A stretch of DNA of 63,125 nt, counting the filler, from Chiloscyllium plagiosum (lineage: Eukaryota), in NCBI RefSeq assembly GCF_004010195.1. It is 6 parts of one record of this genome, joined end to end, with 100 filler letters (N's around TTAATTAATTAA, not from the genome) between each part and the next. Parts side by side here need not be neighbours in the genome. Positions count along the whole stretch, not along the records: positions 41,197 to 50,890 come from NC_057712.1; positions 50,991 to 59,406 come from NC_057712.1; 4 more parts are not named here. One strand, given 5' to 3'. Positions 49,605 to 59,506 of the stretch are shown one piece after another. The notes under the pieces are model-generated. The model was not told the origin of the DNA, searched no databases, and saw only the letters and a list, made by a program, of their open reading frames with translations. Each line of letters begins with the position of its first letter. The first letter of the stretch is position 1. Position numbers and translations under genes: made by a program.

Positions 49605-51300
49605 TCCTTAATGAATACTTTGCTTCAGTATTCACTAGTGAGAGGAACCTTGTTGTTTGTGAGGACAGCGTGAAACAAGTTGATATGCTCACACACGTTG
49701 ATGTTAAGAAGGTTGTGCTGGAAACTTTGAAAAATATGAGGATAGATAAGTCTCCTGGGCCAGATGGGATATACCCAAGGTTTCAATGGGAAGTGAGGGA
49801 AGAGATTACTGTGCCTTTGGCAATATTCTTTACATCCTCACTGTCCACTGGATCAGTACCAGGGTGGCAAATGTTATTCCCTTGTTCAGGAAAGGGAATA
49901 GGGATAATCCTTGGAATTACTGACCAGTTAGTCTTATGTCGGTGGTGGGCAAATTTTTGGAGATGATTCTGAGAGACAGGATTTATGATTACTTGGAAAA
50001 GCATAGTTTGATTAGAGATAGCACGGCTTGGCTTTGTGAAGGGCAGATCATGCCTCACAAGCCGTATTGAATTCTTTGAGGATGTGACAATACACTGATG
50101 AAGGTAGAGCAGTGGATATGGATTTTAGCAAGGCATTTGATAAGGCTCCCCATGGTTGGCTCAGTCAGAAAGTAAGGACGCATGGTGTGACAATGCAGCT
50201 CCTTTAACAAGTTTCTGTTGTCCTTTGACTTTTTTCAGAGAGGTCGTAAAAGGCACACTCCGAAAAATCTAAGTTGAAGGGTTTTAGGGCCAATTTGTGT
50301 ATAGCTAACAGATACTGCCTCAAGCAAAAGGCTTTTAAGTTAACAAAAACACTTGTACATAGAACATAGAACATAGAACAATACAGCACAGAACAGGCCC
50401 TTCAGCCCACGATGTTGTGCCGAACATTTGTCCTAGCTTAAGCACCCATCCATGTACCTATCCAATTGCCACTTAAGGTTCGCCAATGATTCTGACTCTA
50501 CCACTCCCACAGGCAGCGCATTCCATGCCCCCACCACTCTCTGGGTAAAGAACCCACCCCTGACATCTCCCCTATACCTTCCACCCTTCACCTTAAATTT
50601 ATGTCCAATTGTAACACTCTGTTGCACCCGAAGAAAAAGTTTCTGACTGTCGACTCAATCTATTCCTCTGATCATCTCATAAACCTCTATCAAGTCACCC
50701 CTCATCCTTCACCGTTCCAATGAGAAAAGGCCTAGCACTCTCAACCTATCCTCGCATGACCTATTCTCCATTCCAGGCAACATCCTGGTAAATCTTCTCT
50801 GCACCCACTCCAAAGCTTCCACATCTTTCCTAAAGTGAGGCAACCAGAACTGCACACAGTACTCCAAATGTGGCCTAACCAAAGTCCAGTNNNNNNNNNN
50901 NNNNNNNNNNNNNNNNNNNNNNNNNNNNNNNNNNTTAATTAATTAANNNNNNNNNNNNNNNNNNNNNNNNNNNNNNNNNNNNNNNNNNNNGTGAGTGCCG
51001 AACCAGAGGACACAGCTTAAAAATACGGGGTAGACCATTTTGGACAGAGATGAGGAGAAACTTCTTCACCCAGAGAGTGGTGGCTGTGTGGAATGCTCTG
51101 CCCCAGAGGGCAGTGGAGGCCCAGTCTCTGGATTCATTTAAGAAAGAGTTGGATAGAGCTCTCAAAGATAGTGGAATCAAGGGTTATGGAGATAAAGCAG
51201 GAAGAGGATACTGATTAGGAATGATCAGCCATGATCATATTGAATTGCGGTGCAGGCTCGAAGGGCTGAATGGCCTACTCCTGCACCTATTGTCTATTGT
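49605..51300. mobile_element. CR1-type fragments (49605-50185 +, ~50360-50890 -, 50991-51300 +)
   Basis: [20 protein letters not shown] and FFTQRVV motifs. Confidence 0.85.
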
Positions 51301-52519
51301 CACATGAAGGGCTTATGTTCAAAAAGCCAACTGCTGTTCCTGTTTAGTACTTTTGTCCAAAATTGCATGGTTAAGTCAATCATACTGCTGTGGGTTTGGT
51401 GTCAGATCCTAACCATATCGCTGGCCAGATCAAGTCAGGACAACAGATTTCCTTCTCTAAAGCACATTAGTGAAGCAGATAGGTTTTTAAACAGCAGTCA
51501 TTACATGGCATCATTAATCTTGTTTTTAATTCCAGATTTAACTGAATTCAAATTTCACCATTTACCACAGGTTATTCAAACACAAGTTCCCAGAACATTA
51601 ACGTGATGCTCAGGATTACTGCTCCAATAAATGACATTACCACTACATCACAGAGGAGATATTAAAGACATCAGGAATATAGGGATAGTCAGGGTAGAGT
51701 GTGAGAAACAAAGCTCACACACTTCAATAATTGCAGTCCGAGACAAAATCTGAATCAGTAGTGTCCTGTATTTTACACTTGCAAGAGGGTGTGATGTCCA
51801 GAGACATACACACCCCAAATTCAATTAATACACAACATTTATATAATTTGGTTTCTTTTGTTTTACATTGCTCCTCCCCTGTTTACATCTTCCACTTCCC
51901 TAAGACCGGCACCCATTACTCCTGTTTATCTCTTGCCTTATCTGGCCTTGTCTATGACAAAATGCTTATTTCTGGCCTCACAAGGCCATTTGACCTCATC
52001 CCGCTGTAGATCATTGTTAAACATATTCTTTCTTCATCTTTATCTACCCCCTCCATCTGTGCCTTCTCCTACCATACTGATCCTTATGACCCTTGTAATT
52101 GGGGTTTGTTCCTGTGTCTCTGTAAAAGTGGGAAACAGATGTTTATACCTACTGTTTGTACAGGCATATTTAGCTTAACTTCCTCCCCGCACAGCATCTT
52201 ATCCATTCGCCCGTAATATCTACCATTGGAACGTGACAACAAAACATTCTGGCATACAATTTTAGCTAATACAAAAACAATTATGGATTTCCTCCACATA
52301 GTTTCCATTCTTGTTGACTCAGCTCTTGGCTAAAACAATTACACACTGGTGTGAATTCATTTACTTTGTAAATGGAATTGCAGAAGTAACACTATTTTTC
52401 CCACATCCCACATAGAGAAACAGTCATAACCTCAGTGAATTACAGAACTCTGACTACTTTCTGTGACTAAACTAAGGTTAAATTGATCAGGTGGAGAAAT
52501 TGAAACAGGATGAGGCTGA

Positions 52520-53150
52520 GAGCCACTCCAGAAAAATCTCACCTTTACTAAAATGGCGACACAGCAAAGATAATCCGGAAACCTTCACCTTTACTAAAAT
52601 GGGGAGACAAAAGCGACACACCGGAAAATCTCACCTTTACAAAGATGGGGAAAGCCTTTACAAAATGACGGCCAGGCAACGGAAACTGTTCTGAGCGCTG
52701 ATACGCACTTCCGGCAGTGACAAAAGTCTCATCAGATTGTCCGAAAATGTGTCTAGGAATGTGCCTGTTAACATATCCAACATTCAAACCCAAGCCTGAA
52801 ACGACTTTGCTGTTGGTTGACTCCAGTCATCCGCCTTCGTTAATCGGAGATAATTTAAAAAAAATGCTTAAATCATGCGGGCATTGTCCGTAGCAGCTGC
52901 CGCGGTCACTTCAAGTGAGGACCCCAAGAAGGACCCCTTTCACGTGAAGAAAAGCGAACGTCTCAGGTACGTTCTCAGAGAGACACTGGGGAGGGAGCCT
53001 CAGGGACACGACTATTTATGTCAATATGTTGGACGGTGCCGAATAGCACATTTTGTGCACCCTTATAGATTTATCTAAGAGCTCACCGTTTCGCTCAGGT
53101 ATTATATCTCTGTAGAGTGTATAGGACTGTGGCATTGAGCCGAAATTCTG
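52520..53150 (-). promoter_or_regulatory. Candidate CpG-rich housekeeping promoter / non-coding first exon (possibly LBR exon 1)
   Basis: Local CpG enrichment in unique sequence, ETS site CACTTCCGG 52706-52714, YY1-like AAAATGGCG 52550-52558, minus-strand donors AAG|GTGA at 52542, 52588 and 52634. Confidence 0.55.
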
Positions 53151-53167
53151 AATAACCATAGAATATA

Positions 53168-53376
53168 ATTTGGAGATGCTGGCGTTGGACTGGGGTGTAC
53201 AAAGTTAAAAGTCACACAACACCAGGTTATAGTCCGACAGGTTTAATTGGAAGCACTAGCTTTCGTAGCGCTGCTCCTTCAGGTTGCCAACCACCTATTG
53301 AAGGAGCAGTGCTCTGAAAGCTAGTACTTACCATTAAAACTATTGGACTATAACCTGGTGTTGTGATTTTATTTTA
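53168..53376. mobile_element. Fold-back Penelope-like (Neptune-family) mini-insertion made of two inverted terminal fragments
   Basis: CACAACACCAGGTTATAGTCC...GGACTATAACCTGGTGTTGTG inverted arms; 14-bp TSD AACCATAGAATATA (53154-53167 and 53377-53390). Confidence 0.85.
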
Positions 53377-53425
53377 AACCATAGAATATATACAACTGGC
53401 TGATATAACATGGGTGAAATACATA

Positions 53426-53721
53426 TGAAGACCTCGACCCTCAGCAGGGGTCTCTTGGTTCTGCGATCGGTCAGTAAACTTGCAATTTGGTCTGGTTCGG
53501 AAGGATTTCACAGCTTTCAATTATGCAGCTTTAGCAGGGTGAAAAGCCAATTTATGCAGCTTTTAGCAGAATTGTCAGTTTGCAGCCTAGAAGTCATTTT
53601 GTCATGTTATTTGCATTAAGGAGTCATTTTATTGCTACCTATGTTAGTAAGAGCATGTATTAAATGGCTGTTCCTGACAACAGCTTGTTACTTCAGCCTG
53701 TATTTAGATTTCAGATCCTCA
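53426..53721 (-). repeat. ERV-B 3' LTR (internally deleted, 296 bp)
   Basis: Starts TGAGGATC right after the PPT and ends GGTCTTCA; both ends homologous to the solo LTR at 28377-28979. Confidence 0.82.
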
Positions 53722-54697
53722 TCCCCCACCTTAGTCATTCCATGACCACACCATAGGATGGGAGGGCATAGATTAGATCAGACCAATTGAATGGATGCTA
53801 GAGACTGCCATGCTTCCTTCTCCTCCGAGGAAGAAGTTGGGGTAGGCAATCGCACCTCCTTGTCTTCATTCAGATGGAGAAGAAGCATTTTCTGGGGGGA
53901 ACTGATGTTGTCAACAGAAGTTATTAGCTTAACAATAATACATTTTGCAATAGCAATGCCAGCAAAGAGACAAAATAAAACAATATCAATATATGTGGCC
54001 AGATTTATCATCCAGTTGTATCATGAGCCAAAACCCCCAATCTCCCCATCTCGTGCCTTCTGTCATTTGACTGACGAAGGTGTGGATGTTATCTACATGC
54101 CTGGTAATATTCCTGATGCTGTCAATAACCCCCATCGTGCATTTGCCTTTAATTATGGTGCAAACCCAACCCTCTTTGTCGAGTAGGTAGTTGAGGGCGT
54201 ACGGGTTTTGTTGGGAAAATAGGCATAATTCTGAGAGCATGTCCTTGACTCCTGCTAAGGCCATGGCTGTCTCATTGCCCAAGAGGGTGAGACTGCAAAT
54301 AAGGTAATTTCAGTTTTGATAGCTAATAATTCCTGGAGATCCTTCTGAGGAAAGGGTACTAAGAAATGCGTAGCCCTCAGACTGAGCTTTAGTGGTTCCA
54401 AAGCCTTAGCATTTCTCCAATGTACACAGAATTCAGGTGAGATTGAACATTTGACTGAGAACCCCAATCACATTCCCTGGTAATTGGACAGGAAACAGTA
54501 GTAGGGAAAAGTGTTCCTACAGCTACAGCATGGGGAGTACCTATTTCATCAAGGACAAGGATGTTAGTTGCTTTGCCTTGGCAGGAAAAATAGTAACCAT
54601 GTTTAGTATAGATGATGGAGGGAGCTTCCCAATAAGAAGTAGACCTGTCTTTGTGACTTCCCTGAACACATGGGTAGTCCATGGCTATAAAGTATGG

Positions 54698-55600
54698 ATG
54701 AAAATGTGGAAAAGCGCAGCAGGTCAGGCAGCATCCAAGGAACAGGAGAATCGACGTTTCGGGCATAAGCCCTTCTTCAGGAATGAGGAAAGTGTGTCCA
54801 GCAGGCTAAGATAAAAGATAGGGACTTGGGGGAGGGGGGAGGGGCTTTGGAAATGCGATAGGTGGAGGGAGGTCAAGGTGAGGGTGATAGGCCAGAGTCG
54901 GGTGGGAGCGGAGAGGTCAGGAAGAAGATTGCAGGTTAGGANNNNNNNNNNNNNNNNNNNNNNNNNNNNNNNNNNNNNNNNNNNNNNNNNNNNNNNNNNN
55001 NNNNNNNNNNNNNNNNNNNNNNNNNNNNNNNNNNNNNNNNNNNNNNNNNNNNNNNNNNNNNNNNNNNNNNNNNNNNNNNNNNNNNNNNNNNNNNNNNNNN
55101 NNNNNNNNNNNNNNNNNNNNNNNNNNNNNNNNNNNNNNNNNNNNNNNNNNNNNNNNNNNNNNNNNNNNNNNNNNNNNNNNNNNNNNNNNNNNNNNNNNNN
55201 NNNNNNNNNNNNNNNNNNNNNNNNNNNNNNNNNNNNNNNNNNNNNNNNNNNNNNNNNNNNNNNNNNNNNNNNNNNNNNNNNNNNNNNNNNNNNNNNNNNN
55301 NNNNNNNNNNNNNNNNNNNNNNNNNNNNNNNNNNNNNNNNNNNNNNNNNNNNNNNNNNACTCCGGCCTATCACCCTCACCTTGACCTCCCTCCACCTATC
55401 GCAATTCCAACACCCCTCCCCCAAGTCCCTCCTCCCTACCTTTTATCTTAGCCTGCTGGACACACTTTCTTCATTCCTGAAGAAGGGCTTATGCCCGAAA
55501 TGTCGATTCTCCTGTTCCTTGGATGCTGCCAGACCTGCTGCGCTTTTCCAGCAACACAGTTTCAGCTCTGATCTCCAGCATCTGCAGTCCTCACTTTCTC
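54698..55600. mobile_element. Penelope-like insertion with inverted hammerhead-bearing ends in ERV-B env
   Basis: Inverted termini around a gap; perfect 13-bp TSD CTATAAAGTATGG (54685-54697 and 55601-55613). Confidence 0.88.
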
Positions 55601-56600
55601 CTATAAAGTATGGTTGTCCTGAGTGCTTAGGGTGAAAGCTGCTCAATAAAAAGAGGTGCAATTTTCGGTAAGAGATGTGGTTATTGTCCCAGAATGGTTC
55701 CTTCCATCCCACAATTGGGAAGATGGATGTGCCGTTAGGGGTCTCGTGGAGGTCGGTGCCATTGCCCATTCCACAAAGGGCCTGAATACCAGTGATAACA
55801 GAGAGACACTCCTCCACTAGGCATGTGCATGATATGCAAGGCCCTACAGAGGAGCAGTGGCAATTGGTACATGTAATCATAGTGCAGGGAATAGTCTTAG
55901 TTGCATTAATGTAAGTGCACCCCCATCCCTTAGCATTGTAACAATTGGGATAGGCTACCCTGGACTTATTAAAGGAAGTCCACAAGCAACTAGCAGATGT
56001 GGATGAGTAATAGTCAAAAGAAATATTATGTCCAGTAAATGCCTTAGAAGTATTCCATACTCCTTCGTTGGGATTCGGGAGGGAGAAAGGGGTCAAAGAG
56101 TCTTTTGCTGATGTAAGAGCATAACAGACCACTTCATCCTGGCCGAATATTTTATTAAGACTCTGAAGAAACGGGTTGTTAGTGAAAGATAACATTCACC
56201 CTTTCATCTTTTGCGGCATGCAGATTTAGTCCTATTTGAATAGGGGCAAGGCTTACCAGGGCTGCCCATAGCACAACTGGAATCAAACTGGCGCACAACA
56301 CTCTGAGAGGGTAAAGACCAGCTGGACTTGTTCTGTAACTGAACTGTCCAATCCTCTTGATGCAGTTGACCATTGCGACAGTCATTCTTGGTAACATTCC
56401 ATGCATCGAAGGAATCAGTCCCTTGGCACACAAGGCCACTTTTCTGGCAAAAATGGTACACAGTCTCTGGTTGCTCAGGATCACACGGTAAACAGTGCCT
56501 TCTTGAGAACCAATGCTGGTGATGGCGAGTCCATGGTTACAGGGTAAGTTTGACCACCTTCATAATGGTCATTTCTGGAGCAAGGGTTAGAATAGCTAAA

Positions 56601-56855
56601 GCTGAAAATGCTGGAAAAGCGCAGCAGGTCAGGCAGCATCCAGGGAACAGGAGAATCGACGTTTCGGGCATAAGCCCTGCCCTAGGAATGAGGAAAGTGT
56701 GTCCAGCAGGCTAAGATAAAAGGTAGTGTTGTTGTGGTCTGGTGATGGAGGAGTCCAAAGACCTGCATATCCTTGGTGGAGTGGGAGGGGGAGTTGAAGT
56801 GTTGAGCCACAGGGTGGTTGGGTTGGTTGGTCTGGGTATCCCAGAGGTGTTCTCT
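56601..56855 (-). mobile_element. Rearranged Penelope-like insertion in ERV-B env
   Basis: PLE terminal sequence; 11-bp TSD GAATAGCTAAA (56590-56600 and 56856-56866). Confidence 0.8.
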
Positions 56856-56984
56856 GAATAGCTAAAACAGAGGAAGAATTATGATTCAAAACATGCAGCC
56901 ATATCTTAGTCTGGTTTGATTCCGGTTCCCCTCTGTTCCCTGTTGTCTCCATCTCCATCATCTCCCCTCTTGGAAGGGGCTTGT

Positions 56985-59296
56985 ATGATGACCTTGCAAT
57001 GATGGAGATGAACCTACGCGGAGCATCTGGCGACCTTAACACCAGTCAGGGTAGTGAAGAGGAGTGGAACATCAGTGAGCATATTGATATTGGGGTCTGA
57101 GACAGGGACATCAGAAAGATCCGGACAAATTTGGATATTCTCATTGATGAAGAGAAAATAATCATGATCAGGAGCAGATAAGGGTGATGGGGTTGTGCAA
57201 GGAAATCGGCAGGATAAATGGTGGTACGGTACTTAAAGGTCAGTTGGAGTTTGTTGAGGAGATAAACCTCAACGGTTTTGGCGAGCAGCAGTCAAATGTT
57301 GAGTTTGCAATTGTGCCAACAGGGCGATTACTGCTTGAGAACTGTAGAAGATGATGTCCTGCTGAAGTGAGGTTTTCTGTGAACATGCAAACTAAGATAA
57401 ATAGAGGTTAGGATTTGGGTGCAACGGGGATGTCCTCAAGTTTAATAGAGAAATAAACAACTGGGCAGTGTCAATCTCCATGTAGTTGAGTGAGAATTGA
57501 GGAAGCCCAGTCATCCAGAATAGTGCAGTACAGTTGGAAGGGTCTGCCATAGAGTGGTCGTCCCAAAGCTGGAGCTTGTGACAAGACTTGCTGTGCCTCT
57601 GAGGAGAGGTCATGGGTACCTTCATAGGAGGTACATGGGATCAACACTTTAACGAGGAGGGCAGCGTTGCGGATCCATTGTCAGCAGAAGTTGACCATGC
57701 TCAGCCACTCGCGTACCTGTTTCACATTTGTTAGGACTGGGAAATTGACAATGGGAGTGATGCGGCTCTGTTGAAGAGAGCGCGAGTCAGCAGACAGGAT
57801 GAAACCTAGAAACTTTACTTGACGTTGTGCAATGGAAACCGTTTTTGGGGAGGTTACATAGCCCAAGGTGTTTCAGATAGTTGAGGAGGAGAAGGACAAC
57901 ATCAGAGCAGTTGGATTCTTCATCCGCACTAGCAATAAGGAGGTCGTATACATATTGAATCCGTGCAGACCCACCTGCGAGGTTTAGAGTCCACAATTGT
58001 CTCTGCAAGACCGGAGAGAAAAGAGTTGGAGAGTGTATGAAGCCTTGAGGTAGTCAAGTTGACATCAGCTGGTCTCCATGAACGGTAAAGGCGAGTAGGT
58101 ACTGACTGTCTTCATGAAGAGGCAGAGAGAAAAAAGCATGTTGCAGGTCAACAACAGCGAAAAATTTAGCATCTGATGGTACCGAGGCTAGAATATGAGC
58201 TGGATTTGGGACCAGGGCATGAAGTTGATAGCTCTTAAATCTTGAACCAGTCTATACTGGTCTGGCTTGCCAGATTTTCGGACAGCCATAATTGAAATGT
58301 TATTGGGTTATTAGCAAGGGACCAAAATGTCTTGATGAAGAAAGTTATCAATTAAAACAGTAAGGCTTCGTATCGCTTGTTGTTTCAGGCAGTATTGCCG
58401 GATGGATGGTAGAGTCACATTTGGTTTTAGAGCAATCTGAATGGGTTCGCAATCCGTGACTCCAACATGGGAGAATGTTTTGGCCCATACATCAGGGCAG
58501 ACTAAATCAAGGATGTCTCAACTTTCCTGTTGCCAGAGTGTAGCATTGTGAGAGGTAGGAGTTAGTAGAGGATAATCATCCCTCCTTGGAAGGTTTGCAG
58601 TAGGTAGCAGTGGGTCAGCCCTGGTGACGACATGGTGGACCAAGGGGCCAAGGTCCTTAACATGATGAGGTGGATTAACCTTCCAGGTGATGTGAGCGGC
58701 TGAGGTGTCTGCTTGTTTCCACAGGTGAAAGGGTATTTGAACAAAATCTGCATTGTCTTCTGGGCTGGTGACCCGAGTCAAGATCTGTAAAGACCATTCA
58801 GTACCCATCAAGTCTCTAAAGAAGTCTTCAAGGGATTTGTCTTGGATGTCTGATCATTAGCAAGGGTGATGTGACTTTCAGATCCTTGGGGGTCAAGGTC
58901 AAGTTACCACCATTGGGGTTTAGTGGACATGTACAATTGGCATTCAACTGAGTCAGAATCAAGTTGGACGCCATCAGGGGAACAAGCGAGTTTAACTTGG
59001 AAGACACACTTAAGATCTTGTCCCATTAAATTGCAGGATAATGTGGTAGTGATCACAAAGTGGTGCTCCAGGGAATAGCCTTGGAAATGGACAGGAACTA
59101 GATCAGAAAGTGAATATTTGTGAGTTTCTCCTTGAAAGCCAGATAATTTCTTTGTCTCTTTAGTGACTGGAGGTTCGTGTCGGATTTTACCGAGGACATT
59201 GAGGCCCCTGTGTCAGTCAGAAAGGGATACCAACAGTTGTTAACTTTAAGAAAGACTGTGGGTTTCTGCTTGGAAGACACAGACTGTAAGGGAAAG
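56985..59296 (-). pseudogene. ERV-B pro-pol: protease, 2H phosphoesterase-like domain, RT, tether, RH start fused to IN C-terminus
   Basis: DTG at 59206-59214; HIT at 58865-58873 and 58686-58694; YVYD at 57943-57954; DLSDVP...MLTD joined to LLFTTLTGVKV...*VHLHHCK. Confidence 0.85.
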
Positions 59297-59506
59297 TTCT
59301 GGATCAGTGGTGCTGGAAGAGCACAGCAGTTCAGGCAGCATCCAAGGAGCTTCGAAATCGACGTTTTGGGCAAAAGCCCTTCATCAGGAATAAAGGCAGT
59401 GAGCTTNNNNNNNNNNNNNNNNNNNNNNNNNNNNNNNNNNNNNNNNNNNNTTAATTAATTAANNNNNNNNNNNNNNNNNNNNNNNNNNNNNNNNNNNNNN
59501 NNNNNN

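Larger units (their letters stand above)
53778..56960 (-). pseudogene. ERV-B env (frameshifted, two PLE insertions)
   Basis: Cys- and N-glycan-rich SU fragments; heptad region, QQNPYALNYLLDKEGWVCTIIKGKC, Trp-rich membrane-proximal region, TM anchor and cytoplasmic tail. Confidence 0.82.
53426..59296 (-). mobile_element. ERV-B: defective class I (epsilon-like) endogenous retrovirus (pro, 2H domain, RT, deleted RH/IN, env, 3' LTR); 5' part lost in a gap
   Basis: FLTDTGAS protease, RT motifs YRLVQDLRAIN, VDLQHAFFS, LPQGFIHSP, QYVYDLL; env ISD; PPT AAGGTGGGGGA then LTR TG...CA. Confidence 0.9.

Noticed and set aside
50186..50358. Possible start of another LTR (TGTGACAATG...) interrupting CR1
   Set aside because: Truncated by a CR1 insertion and a gap; no partner end or TSD to support it
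52916..53721. Longer ERV-B 3' LTR defined by TGAGGA...TCCTCA inverted ends
   Set aside because: Comparison with the solo LTR at 28377-28979 places the true end at 53426, so the match at 52916 is chance
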